A stretch of DNA of 64,000 bases, taken from the NCBI GenBank assembly GCA_030390025.1, contig CM059449.1, forward strand, positions 34,472,001-34,536,000. Reading direction: 5' to 3'. Numbering within the stretch: position 1 is the first letter of the stretch; each line of letters begins with the position of its first letter. The notes beneath the pieces are model-generated. The model had not been told where the DNA came from, made no database searches, and saw only the letters and a program-made list of their open reading frames with translations. Both the position numbers and the translations under genes were made by a program. This DNA comes from Squalus acanthias. Lineage: Eukaryota. Below, in pieces: positions 36,518-48,899 of the stretch.

Positions 36518-37056
36518 GCTTATGGTATATGCCACAGTTGAGGAAGCGCTCAGTCAAGGTGGCGAGCGGGGTTTCCCAGGAGGTCACACTGGAGATGGGT
36601 GTCAGGCTCCAAACTTCCACGGCTGTGGTTATGCCAGATAAAAGTTCCCCCAGACCTCAGACAACAAAGTCCTGCCAACTGCAAATGATGGCTGATAACA
36701 TCTCCTATTTCATGGTTGAGCTGCAGCTGATAGTCAGCAATCCAAATGTGCTACCGCCAGGTTTCACATTCGTGTTCAGCACAGGCGTGCTTCACGTGGA
36801 AAAATATTTAAAATCACAAAGCCCTTTCAAAATGGCATTAAAGAGGCAATTTAGTGCTTGTTAAGGGCCTTATCGGCCTATCCCACCTCTTGGAGGCGGG
36901 ACGGAATCGGGACCAGCAGACACGATGTAATGAAAATTGCGTGAAGGCCGGTGGAGGCGGGCTTGTGCCCGCCCACCAGTTTTCGCAATTTAAACCCCCC
37001 ACACGCCTCCAAACCCGCCTCCACGGGTCAATGAAAATTCTGCGCAGACTTTTCAA

Positions 37057-38362
37057 TTATTTCCCTAACCTAATAATTAGAGACAAGGGATAATTAAACA
37101 GATTCTTGAACTCCTCTCTGAATTTAGTCTGGGACACTGCATAAATAATGGTATTTGTGCAGAAACTCAAACGTTGCAGCATATATCCAGTTTGTTCCAT
37201 AATACTGAAAGGAATACTGTACTGTAATCTGTGTGCAAATATTGAATAACAATAATTTACACATATATATATTGAATAAAACTTACCATCCATAACAGGA
37301 TAAAACTGCTAGATTTGGTCAGCAGTAAAACGATGGATTTCCTTCGTTTGTCCATTTCTGGCTCACTGTCGCTGCTCCGGAGACCCCTCCTGATTCTACT
37401 TGTCAGTAGAATTTGCCTGATGATCAGACCATTGAATATCAGAATCAAAAGAAAATGAATTAAATGCATTAAAACTATGTCAAGCCATAAGAATGTGACC
37501 CATACAGGTAGAGTATAGAGGTTTGATTTTTTTAAATCGTGTTATGGAATGTGGGCGTCGCTGGCAAGGCCAGCATTTATTGCCCATCCCTAATTGCCCT
37601 GGAGAAGGTGGTGTTGAGACGCATTCTTGAACCGCTACGATCCGTGTGGTGAAGAAACTCCCACAGTGCTGTTAGGGAGGGAGTTCCAGGATTTTGACCC
37701 AGCGACGATGAAGGATCGGAGATATACTTCTAAGTCAGGATGGTGAGTGACTTGGAGGGGAACGTAGAGGTGGTGGTGTTCCCACCCGCCTGCTGCCCTT
37801 GTCCTTCCAGGTGGAAGAGGTCGCGGGTTTGGGAGGTGCTGCCGAAGAAGCCTTAGCGAGTTGCTGCAGTGCATCTTATAAATGGTACACACTGCAGCCA
37901 CGGTACGCCGGTGGTGGAGGGAGTGAATGTTTAAGGTGGTTCACAGAACCACGGTATATTGTCAATTATTGCGCGTGATTGTAAACTAAAGTACATTAGG
38001 ACATTTTTCAAAATGCATAGCCCCCATATCGTTGCTACAACCTCTGTCGCAGTTTTTCCGGTGTAATATTGGGTTCTTATTCTTTGGCAACAAATGGCGA
38101 CAAATCGATCAAAGCTGAAAGCGACAGTTAACCAGACAGCACATTCAGGAGAAGAAAAAATCAGGAAGAAATTCAGACTGCAGTCCGGAGTGTGCTTCAG
38201 GAATGATTTCGAGAAATAACTTGCTTTCATCTCATACAGGACCTCGCCAAATATCAGGACCAGTAAGTAGATCGTCTGCTGCCATGGCCACCAGATAAAT
38301 AGTGATGCATTTGGAGAGGCCGCACTTTCCACGGGATAGAATCGCAATTGTCACCAAGTTGG
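37057..38362 (-). pseudogene. GPR139/GPR142-like class A GPCR, exon 2 (TM1-TM7), disrupted
   Basis: TTGCAG acceptor then ANLVTIAILSRGKCGLSKCITIYLVAMA; VWLTVAFSFDRFVAIC (DRY-like); PWFC; RRKSIVLL; CTNTIIYAVSQTKFREE. Frameshifts near 38270 and 37290 plus a LINE insertion. Confidence 0.9.
37527..37939 (-). mobile_element. 3' end of LINE family B inserted into the GPCR coding exon
   Basis: Matches 1850-1921 (ccaccaccggcg..ccgtggctgcagtgtgtaccat); SWNSLPNS motif; A-rich tail at ~37527-37533; interrupts the GPCR right after PWFC. Confidence 0.9.
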
Positions 38363-39239
38363 CTGCAAGTGCGAGAATGGATAAATAAATCACGATTATG
38401 GACATCAAAAGCAATCCGATCAAAAAAAAGTGTAATAATTAATGCTGATTTTCCCTTCACTCAAATCATTCACTCTCTTTGCCACCTAGACGTGGGAATC
38501 CTGAGGATGCCGAACTATTTATCCAACCACGCCACATCCTTTGTTGCCTGTGTAGCCTCAAAGGAAAATATTGGCTCCAACATTGCGATCGGTGGCGTAG
38601 CTCGGAGTACAAACTTACCTTGTGGTAGGCCCAGAACGGAAACTTGCTTTCGGCGCAGCAGAGCTGTGCGCAGCGTATGACATCACAAAGGGCAGGTGAG
38701 CAACGTGCAGCCTGTGCGTAAGGGAAGATACGCCCACAAAACGTGTAAAGACTAAGCCACGCCCACATAAACTGCTTTCTGCCTCTTCCATTGAAATTAC
38801 ATCTTAAAAACTTTTAGAAACTTTTCTTTTACTTAAAATGTCACTTGGACTTGTTTCGTTTATCAGCATTTTGCTGTATTTCTTCATCCAAACTCACAAT
38901 TTAGTAGTCGCTATTTATACAGCTTCCTGTTCTGATACTCAGTAAAGATCTAACACTGGTATAAGTAATGTTGTTGAACTTCAGATAGAGATTCCCAGCC
39001 ATATATTCAATGTTAACTTTCAGGCTTAAAATATATTATTCAGACCTCATTTAGACTGTGAATAGATAAATCAATGTTCTTGTTATCGATGCATTATATT
39101 GCTTGTTATGTTGTTCATGTTTTAGCTGAAAGGACAGAATTGTCACTGAAATCTGATAGATGTTCACTTTATTTCAATTTCATTTTCACTTTCCAATTAA
39201 TTAAAATTAAACTCGACCGACAATATATACACACATATA

Positions 39240-40629
39240 TCGGGCCGTATTTTCCGACACCCACGGGTGCGAACTAAAACCCGGCACTTGCGATGTGTCA
39301 AGAATCAGATTTTCCGCGTCCTGGGGAGATGGGACTCTGCAGGTGGAGAGTCGCGCTATTTGCCCAACTTCCACCCGCTGAAAGGCCGTGGAATTCTTAC
39401 GCCTGGTATAAGCATAAGAGTTTCAAAAAATAGAAAAATAAAATGTTATCGCTCACTTATACATTAAAAACCTTGTCCAATAAGGTAAGTTTATTTTTAG
39501 CCCCGTTAAAACATATAATTTCTTTAAAAAAAAATCAATTTTTGTGTAAAATATTTAATTATATGGCATTTTATTTAATTTTATATAAGTATTTTAAAAA
39601 ATTTATTTCCCGCGTTCGTGTATTTTTTAAGTCATCCCCATTCATACTTATGACAGTTCAGTACGTACCGAACTGTTAGAAGTATGAATGGGGATTCCCT
39701 TCTTTCATTGGTTGGGATGGCCCAGATGATCCCAGGGGCGCTTTCGAACCGCATGAGCCCCTGGGATACGTTGGCTTCTTCGCATCTCTACCAGGAGAGG
39801 CCCAGGATCACAAGTCTCCGTACCTCCTGGACATCCAGGTAAATGCGTAGAAAAGTTGATGATCGGTGCATCCCGCGCGAAGCCTCCGATCGCAAATTCA
39901 GGCCCGACGTCTTTTAAGATGTAAAACAGACTCCTGTGCCTGCTTTCACTAACCAGAATATTTTCAGATGTAATTGCTGGGCAGTTGGTGGGCAGTAACC
40001 GGAGGTCCCGATACTTCCGCTTTTGGGCCTCTCCTCTACGAAATGCGCAGTGGCCCAGGTATCCCTGGGGCGCATGCGGTTCGTTAGCGTCTCTGGGATC
40101 ACGAGGGCCATGGCGAACCAATGAAAGAAGAGAATCCCCCATCATATTTTTGATAGGTTTCTCCGCCGAGATCTGTCAAAGGTATGAATGGGGATCACCT
40201 TAAAAAACAGAATAAACATTAAATGCATTTTTTTTAAATCACATATTTAAAATTAGGTAAAGTTACATTAAATTACATTTTTGGAAAAAAATAATGAAAG
40301 TTTTCTACTGGCCTAAAAATAAACTTAACTTTTTTAAATTATTTTTAACTTAAAAATGAATGATTTTTTTTATTGTTTTACTTTATTAAACTCTTTCGCT
40401 GGTAAAAGCAGGTCTTCTGCAGGCGTAAGATGTTTAAAGGTTTTCAGTGGGCGGAGGTTCTGCAGAAAGCGGATCTCTCTACCCGCAGAGGCCCTTCTCC
40501 AGGCCAGGCGCAGGATCTCCAAGAGAATTCTTAACAGATCGGAAGTGCCGGTTTTCAGCGCATGCGCTTCGCATGCCTGAACCGGCACTTGCCAGGCCCC
40601 TACGGGTGTGGGGTCGGAAAATACGGCCC
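39240..40629. mobile_element. Two ~660-bp non-autonomous DNA elements in inverted orientation (39240-39906 and ~39975-40629)
   Basis: Outer ends gggccgtattttccgac / gtcggaaaatacggccc. GC-rich ends and AT-rich core; inner halves are reverse complements of each other. Confidence 0.75.
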
Positions 40630-42758
40630 TTTGAAACTTCTCGCAGTGTGGTATCCTGGTGCTGACGCTTATCAGTTAAGTTTCTGAGTGGGACGTTGTT
40701 CTGGTCTAATATGATATCAAAATATTTCAAACTGGATTGTAGGGCATCTACACATAGCCCGAGAATCATTCCGCTCCACACCTCGGCAGCGGGATTCATG
40801 AAATGTACCAGATTTGCGCTCTATTAAATATTGTACATTGTAATTAGTAGAAAGGTAGGTATTCCGATATGACTTGTATAATCACTTTAATCAATTTTCA
40901 GCAGTTGGTTCTCTTGCAATGCTGCTGCCAAATCTAAAAACAACCTGGGGCGATTGTTAAAAGAACCAGTGATGAGACACGGATTGCTGGCGCTGCATCG
41001 GCGGTGCACAGGGAGTATATTACACACATATACAGCTTCCGAGTTTGCCGCAGTGTAATGGCCCACACTGGGGAGTCATCGGCAAACTGTTTTTTCTCAT
41101 CTACCCTGAAAAGAATAAAAACTGCGAGCGCGGCATTACCCGTTCACGGTGGGATTCTAACACTTGGTCGAGGCACAAGGGTTCGGGTTTGACTTTCGGC
41201 GCTAGTGTAAAAGGAATTATATCGGATGAGCCGCACGTTATACACTCCTCCCTAAGCTTAATTTCATTGAGGCCAAAGATAAACTGACCCCAGGAAGCTG
41301 GATTTTATTCTGAATTGGAGTCCCTTTTGTGCTAAAGACTCGGTAAAATGGAGCAGTAATGGGCTCCGCCTCTACTACCTCCTGTGAGGCAGCTGATAGT
41401 CTTTAAATAGTGAAAGCGCGGGTGGAAACCCCGCGCATTGTGCGGTAGCTTTAACTTTGGACCGCAGTGTAAATTGAGCGATATGGGATTCACCGCCCAT
41501 TATACGCCAAGCCTGATTTCCCTTTCCATTCAAGTGATGGAAGTGAAAATAGGGCAGGACCTAAAATTAGCGGACAGTTCGATATCACCCATTTTACATT
41601 ATCAAACAAAGTTAACAGGACTCCCATTATCCGCAACAATTGCCCCAAACGCGATCCTTCTTGTCACCAGCACCATATAAGGGAGATATTACTTGCAGAC
41701 TGGTTCCCTGAGGCCATCCCACATTGAGCAGGCCGTTATGATTGCTACAGCTGTAGTTTGCTGTTACTTTTACCGCCTGTTGATTTTAGCTCCTTTGCTC
41801 ATGTTGAACCAAGCCTGTAATGAAGTTTGGAACTGATTGGTCGAGGCGGAACCGAAACTGAGCATGGGTGAGCAGGTTATTGGTGAGTAAGTGCTGCTTG
41901 TTAGCACTTTTGATGAAACTTTCCATCACTTTGCTGATGATTGAGAGTAGACTGAATGGGCGGTAATTGGCCGCATTGGATTGCCCTGCTTTTAGTGGAT
42001 AGAACATACCCGGGCAGTTTTCCACATTGTCGGGTACATGCCAGTGATGTAGCTGCACTGGAACTGCTCGGCTAGAGGCACGGCTAGTTCCAGAGCATAG
42101 CAGGATAGCGAGATGTTGTCGGGGCCCATAGCCTTTGCTGTATTCAGTACGCTCAGCTGCTTATTGATATCACGTGGAGTGAATCGAATTGGCTGAAGAC
42201 TGTCTTCTTTGAAGGTGCGGATATCAATAGGAGACCGAGATGAATCTTCCACTCGACAATTCTGGCTGAAGATGGTTGCAAACGCTTCAGCCTTGTCTTT
42301 TGCACTCACGTCTTCAAAAGACAGGATTGAATACTAAGTGTTGATTAAGATTATTACAGTATTACACGATACATTGCAATCATTGAGGATGGGGAACTTC
42401 TGGGAAGCTCCTCTCCCATTATTTGTTTAATTGCCCACCACCATTCACGACTGGATGTGACAGGACTGCAGAGCTTTCATCTGTTCCGTTGATTGTGGGA
42501 TCGGTTAGCCCTGTGTATAGCCCGCTGCTTCCGCTGTTTAGCATGCATGTAGTCTGTGTTGCAACTGCCACAATTTGGCATCTCATTTTTAGGTACGCCT
42601 AGTGCTGCTCCTGGCATGCTCTTCTGCACACTTCATTGAAGCAGGGTTGGTCTCCTGGCTTGATGATAATTGTAGAGTGAAATATATACATGCCCATGAG
42701 GTTACAAAAATGAGAAGTCGCACAACACCAGGTTATAGTCCAACAGATTTATTTAAAA

Positions 42759-42796
42759 TTACAAGCTTTCGGAGCTGTCGCCCCTTCCTCAGGTAA
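42759..42796 (-). ncRNA. Minimal type-I hammerhead ribozyme motif (intact core)
   Basis: UUAC-CUGAGGA-A-GGGGC-GACA-GCUCC-GAAA-GCUU-GUAA: core, stem II, palindromic AGCU in place of stem III, 4-bp stem I. Confidence 0.75.
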
Positions 42797-43406
42797 AGTT
42801 ACAATGAGTGAATCTACAATATTTCACAGTATATAAACACAGAAACTGCAGAGATACAATCTTTCAGGGAAGGTGCCCTTACATCAAAGACACACCAAAA
42901 GCACAGCCAAGACAATGAGATGTGTCACAGGGGGTCCAACTTGTCAAATCCTGCTGTCTGCAGTTTTTTTTTGTTTGTTTTTTTTGCGTTTTTTTTTTAA
43001 ACTGGAAAGACAGACAACGATGTCGAGTCACGTTCTGCGGGTTAGCGTTCTCCAAGGCGGCCTTCGAGACACACGACAACGCAACATCATCGAGCAGAAA
43101 CTGATAGCCAAGTTCTGCACCCATGAGGACGGCCTCAATAGGGGTATCGGGTTCATGTCACGCTACAGTACGCGGCTCGACATCGTTGTCTGCCTTTCCA
43201 GTTTAAAAAAAAAACACAAAAAAACAAACCCCAAAAAAACTGCAGACAGCAGGATTTGACACGTTAGACAACCTGTGACACATCTCATTGTCTTGGCTGT
43301 GCTCTTGGTGTGTCTTTGATGTAAGGACACCTTCCCTGAAAGATTGTATCTCTGCAGTTTCTGTGTTTATATACTGTGAAATATTGTAGATTCACTCATT
43401 GTAGCT

Positions 43407-43445
43407 TTACCTCAGGAAGGGGGCGACAGCTCCGAAAGCTTGTAA
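43407..43445 (+). ncRNA. Hammerhead ribozyme motif with mutated core (CUCAGGA)
   Basis: Mirror copy of 42759-42796 in which CUGA is CUCA and stem II has an extra G. Confidence 0.6.
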
Positions 43446-44390
43446 TTTTAAATAAATCTGTTGGACTATAACCTGGTGTTGTGCGACTTCTCATTTTTGT
43501 CCACCCCAGTCTAACGCCGGCATCTCCGCATGATGAGGTTACAGATTGAGGTGGAATACAATTCTGGTGCTGCAGATGGCCCACAGCGCCTCATGGATGC
43601 ACAGTTTTGAGCTGCTAGAACTGTTCTGAATCTATCCTATTTAACACGTTGGCAGTGCCACACAACACGATGGAGGGTGTCCTCAGTGTGAAGAGGGGAC
43701 TTCGACTCCACAATGATTGTGCGGTGGTCACCACTACCAATATTGTCATGAACAGATGCATCTGTGACAGGTAGATTGGTGAGGACGAGGTCAAGTGGGT
43801 TTTTCCCTCGTGTTGGTTCTCTCACCACCTGTCACAGGCCCAGCCTGGCAGTTATGGCCTTCAGGACTCGGCCAGCTCGGTCAGTAGTGGTGACACTGAG
43901 TCACTCTTGGTGATTGGCATTGAATTCCTTCACCCAAAGTACATTCTGTGTAACTGCTAGCCTCAGTGCTTCTTCCAAGTGATTTTCAACATGGAGGAGT
44001 ACTGATACATCAGGTGAGGGAGGGCGGGAGCTAATAATCAGCAGGAGCTTTCCTTGGCCATGATCGACCTGAAGCCATCCGACTTTGTAACAGTGAATCT
44101 CTTGAATTCAACAACGTGGGAAGTTGACGGACTTCAGAGTTTATGAGGCATTGTTTTATTGTCTTTATATACTTGTCCCTTCAAATAAAAGATGCTTTAA
44201 TATTCCCCAGTCATCATCGAGTGTCAAGTCATGTGCATTAACATTCCAACCAGGCTGTCCTCTTCAACACACAACTGCTTACTTTTCTGCTTAATTAATT
44301 TTCAAACACGGTCTCGGACAAAGACAAAGCAAATCCCATCAAGCTTATATGATGTATAATTTTACACAGACTGATGATCTGCACAGTTAA

Positions 44391-45156
44391 GGGCCCAAAA
44401 ATTCGGCCGTTCCCGGGTGAGTACACAGTCCGTGCTCACCCGTATTCATTCCCGAAGTGCCGGTTTCCTGCATGCATTGCTCATGCGCGGGAAACCGGAA
44501 CTTCCGGTAAGGTGAAGTGGGCGGTTCCTAGGTGAACTGCGTGCGCACTAGAGGCTGCGCGCACGCAGCACACTTAGATTTTTTTTCCGGTTTCAACGGG
44601 AGGGTCAGTATTGAAGATTCCATGCTAATAAAAAGGAGGCGTAAGACCCCTTTTGAACAAGGTAAGTAGTTAATTAAGTATAATTTTAATTTTTTTTCAA
44701 CAGGTTTATCTTTTTTAGATACTTTAAAGAAAGGTAAGTTTATTTTTATAAATTTTAAAAAGTATTTTAATTTTTTCAAAAATTAAAATTTTTGTTTAAA
44801 GTGGTTAATTTATTTAACTATAGTTATTTTATAAATGTGATGGTTTTTAAAAAAAAAATATTTGAAGTTTAGCTGTTCTTTTGGGGCCGATTTCAATTCA
44901 CAGATTTGACAGGTCTCCTGTCAAATCTATGAATGAAAGATGGTCTGCTGCCATTGGCTCTCCATGGCCCACGTGATTCCAGGGGTCGCATCGCACTAAC
45001 TGCGGCCCTGGAACACGCAAGCACTGCGCACCGGCTCTTGGGAGAGGCCCAGGACCCGAAGTTCCTGTGGGCCCAAAACACAACAGCATGCGTGGTGAGA
45101 AAGAGCGCGCGCGATCCTTACCCCCGCGGCAAGCCGGCCACGCGAATTTCTAGGCC
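44391..45156 (+). mobile_element. ~770-bp non-autonomous DNA element (Harbinger-like ends); left copy of an inverted pair
   Basis: taa|gggcccaaaaattcgg ... gaatttctaggcc. Reverse complement of 47081-47865 over most of its length. Confidence 0.8.
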
Positions 45157-45392
45157 AATGTCATCACTACTATGAGAATAATCGAATTGTCTTAAAGAAA
45201 TTTCATGATCATGTACGAACGTATGACGAAAATGTTTTCTTCAATCCTTCCTCTATCAACGGGCAAAATCATTGCAAAATATCCCTGCTCAGTAGCAGTG
45301 AATATGACTTGCCTCAATCTGTTTGTTCAAATGAATGTAACTAACGCTAAACATTATGTAATGCTCATGTGTCACTTGAGGTTTCTCTCAGG

Positions 45393-45400
45393 TATAAATA
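45393..45400 (+). promoter_or_regulatory. TATA box upstream of GPCR exon 1
   Basis: TATAAATA about 75 nt before the ATG at 45471. Confidence 0.55.
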
Positions 45401-45470
45401 AGAACTTATTTTGAAAGCAGAAGTTCTGCGAGTCCACAACACTAACAGACAACGTCGCTTCTCTCCGAAT

Positions 45471-45540
45471 ATGGGACAGCTGGTGATCATACAGATAGAG
45501 AACATTTACTATCCTATTCTTGCAATAGTTGGTATTCCTG
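45471..45540 (+). pseudogene. GPR139-like GPCR exon 1 (N-terminus and start of TM1), opposite strand to exon 2
   Basis: MGQLVIIQIENIYYPILAIVGIP then G|GTAAGC. The phase-1 donor completes G+CC=Ala of exon 2 to give VGIPANL (TM1 GxxxN motif). Not in the ORF track. Confidence 0.85.
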
Positions 45541-47080
45541 GTAAGCCGCTTATCATCAGTTAATGCTAATTTTTAACAGTGCTTCACTGTGTTACTGTTC
45601 CTGCTGTCGGTGTAATGATATTATTTGTTTGCTTTGATGTGTTTTATTTGCAGACAATAATTACCGGCATCAAAAAAATCACTCAAAATGGCTTCAAGTT
45701 TCTGGCATATTGTTAATGTACCAACCGGAGTGGAAGCTCTTTACTCTGACTATTTAAATTTATCAATTTAGTGAAGAATCCTTGGCCTTGACAGACAGTC
45801 TTGCAGTTCTGTATCTGGTACAAGTATTAGTATCGGATCGAGTAGCCATACCAGCAATTCTTAAAAGGATTCACGGGGGCTGCTAAAGAAAAGGCAAAGG
45901 AGTTTTTAAATATATATTTGTGAATCCAGGAGAAATATAAGAGATCCTCCCGCACACACAAAAACACTCTGGCGCAATATTGGCGTATTGTCGCCTCACC
46001 GGGATTGATTCCCGCCCGTTGCCAGATTGATTCCCCGCGCTTCCCAACCGGGAGCAGCTCCGGGCGCCCTTCTGGCGCATTCAGCTGGCCAGCAGCGTGT
46101 GAACAATGCTGAAAGCCGAGCCTCAGGCGCTGAAATTGGTCTTCCTCAGCAGCGCGAGACGGAGTCGGAGCGAATGGGTCGCTCATTTTACACCCAGTCT
46201 GATGTCCGTTTACATTGAGGTCAATGGAAAGGGAAATCGGGCGCATTGTAAAGCAGACTGCCTGTGAGCTATGAGCTCATTTCAGGCGACTGGCGAAGAC
46301 CAATTTTACCCCTGAATCTGGCATGTCTTACGTGGAGAACACATTTTGGGTGCAACTCGAATTTTCCGGTGCATTTATACTATAACTATAGACTATAGTG
46401 TAGATTATGGTCTTTACCACCTGGACATTTTGAATCACTTTGGTGGAGCGCAGAGCGGTGCAGAGGAAGTCAATGGAAATGTAATTTGTGCAAAATGGTC
46501 CGCCAATTCACTATCGCCAGTTTTATACCACCATCGAAGACCAATTTACGTCCATGGTCACTAATTTTCTGATTAGGGACTGGAGCAACCAATTTTACAC
46601 TGCAACTTACTATGGAAATCCGTGGGTGTATGTGTTGTTGCCAGGCGAGGTCATTGATCGTGGCAACTACTCAGTAATTGCCTTTATAGTGAAACCCGAA
46701 GCGCTTGATTCATTCTGAAACTGTGCGATATATTATGTTGCTTTAAGCTAGAGTCAGTTCGTGTTCTGAGGCCGCAAAGCAAAATGAGACAAGTGTTACT
46801 AAAGCACGTCCAGCTACGGCTGCGCTGTTGTAATTCTAAATCCAAGTGCTGATTTCCCCGGTAACCATGGGATAGATTTGAACTGATACATCCGGGGTGT
46901 TGTGCATCGCCTGGATCAAGTACAAAAATCCAAATCCTCCGCAGAGGAGAGTCTTCCATTAAAAAAACAGCGGATTGTCCTCCATTATTGTTAATGGCAG
47001 TAATTCGGGCAGGTTCTGTTAACACCTGCGGTCATAGCTGACAGATTTTCCTTTCTACATCCAGGGGTAGAAGTGCGCTA

Positions 47081-47865
47081 TTGGCCCAGAAATTAAACAC
47101 GGAGCGTTCCTGCGGGGGTAAGGTTTCCCCGCGATATCTCACTGCGCGCCTACCTTTTCCCTCCGGGCCCACACAATCTTTAGTTTCAAGGCTGCAGCTC
47201 TGCAGTGCTTGCGACCCAAAGACGCAGTTAGTTCGTGCGAGCTCTGGGATCACGTGATTCAGTTAGAGCCAATGGCAGCACACCATCTTTCATTCATAGT
47301 TTTGACAGGAGAACTGTCAAAGCTATGAATACAACTTACCCCCAAAAGAACAGCTAAACGTCAATTAAATTTAAAAAAAACACCATCACATTAATAAAAT
47401 AACTATAGTTAAATAAATTAACCACTTTAAACAAAAATTAAAATTTTTGAAAAAATGTAAAATCTTTTTAAAAGTTATAAAATTAAACTTACCTTTCTTT
47501 AAAGTCTCTAAAAAAGATAAACCTGTTGAAAAAATTTAAAATAATACTTTATTAACTACTTACCTTGTTAAAAGAGGGTCTTACGCCTCCTTTCTTTATG
47601 TGTAAAATCTTCCATGCTTACCTGCGCGTTCAAAGCACTAAGTGCACTGCGTGCGCGCAGCCTGTAGCGCACACGCGGTTCACTTAGGAACCGCCCCCTT
47701 TTGAGTTCATGAAGTGCCGGTTTCCCACGCATGCGCAGTGCATGCTGGAAACCGGCAATTGGAGACCTAAAACGCGAGAGTACACAGTGCGTACTCTCGC
47801 GTATTAGGTCTAATTTTCGTATCATACTCACCGTCTGTGTATTTGTCGGTCAAGTTCACGGCCCC
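47081..47865 (-). mobile_element. Right, inverted copy of the element at 44391-45156
   Basis: For example aactatagttaaataaattaaccactttaaacaaaaatt at 47401-47439 is the exact reverse complement of ~44787-44825. Confidence 0.8.
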
Positions 47866-48899
47866 AAATGTTAGCATTCAACCTCCTTCCTTCGATGATT
47901 CACAACAACACATTTTGCCTCAGCACGAGACACTTGATGATAGGTTATACAGAACAGACTTTATTGAGAAACAGCTCAGTGATCAGCCTAACAATGTACA
48001 GAGAGAGCCGCTTTTCGGTTTATGTATCTTTTGAGCTCTCTGAAGAACTGCAGAAAAACATGCTCCTTTATAAACCATTTTTTCCTGTATCAATGGTACA
48101 CGTCATAGAAAGACCTCATGACTTATCTTCTCCTAAATCATTTGAAGACAATCTATTCATGTAAACATTTGTAGTTGTTTACTCCAAAACTACTTTCCTC
48201 AAACAAGACTTCCTGACCTCAAACTTCTTAATCTTGCTTAAGAACAGGCTTTGTTAACTGTTATCTTAAAATACTAGAGCTAATGGATATCACTGTTTTT
48301 GTTTATTACCTTAGTCCCTAAAGTTAAACTTTAATCACTCACAGCTGACGTCATTTCTGTCACTTATTTGTTTAAACAGCGCTTTTCTTATCGGAAGACA
48401 AATTCTGCATTCCACTCACGATACTTCAAAGCCATCCTGTTTATCTTGAAAGAAATGTTGCTCCAAGATACAAAGAAGCTCTACTTTAACCGTTAACTCG
48501 CCAATATATTCAAGATACATCTCTCCAGGATGTCCAACATTCGTAATAATTTTGTAAAACAAATATATTTTTTTACTTCCACCGTGCCCAGCTTTGGAGA
48601 CTTCACTTTTCATTATTTATTGTCCATCATATTATTTGTCTGCGTAGTTCCTTCAGTGGCAGTATGTTCAGAGATGGATGGCTGATGCCTTGCAGCAGGA
48701 ACCCCCTGGAACAGAAATTGCAATTGCCTCATGGCAGCTCTGAAACATGAGAGTTCAGCTGGTGGTTGCATCCCCAAGGACAAAGCAAGGTCTGGAAAGT
48801 GGGGACATGGATGGAGTAGGTTTGGAAAAAGTAGATAAAAAATGTGAGGAAGACGGTGACCATGGTCAAGGTGTTACATTAAAAACCTGTGAAATTAAT

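Larger units (their letters stand above)
33791..37045. mobile_element. Non-autonomous PIF/Harbinger DNA transposon (Myb-like gene on +, deleted transposase on -)
   Basis: Imperfect TIRs gggctggattttgatt / aatgaaaattctgcgc; convergent two-gene layout typical of Harbinger. Confidence 0.75.
42707..43532 (+). mobile_element. Penelope-like element, short insertion with inverted pseudo-LTRs and an 11-bp target duplication
   Basis: Arms 42704-43027 and 43176-43500 are near-perfect reverse complements. The 148-bp spacer encodes the GIY-YIG C-terminus (EQKLIAKFCTHEDGLNR). ATGAGGTTACA occurs at 42696-42706 and 43533-43543. Confidence 0.88.
41790..44085 (-). mobile_element. LINE family B endonuclease-to-RT fragment, interrupted by a Penelope-like insertion
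   Basis: ORFs 43637-43828 (EPTRGKNPLDLVLTN, GDH), 41992-42309 (KAMGPDNI) and 41786-42058 (NYRPFSLLSIISKVME). Confidence 0.9.
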
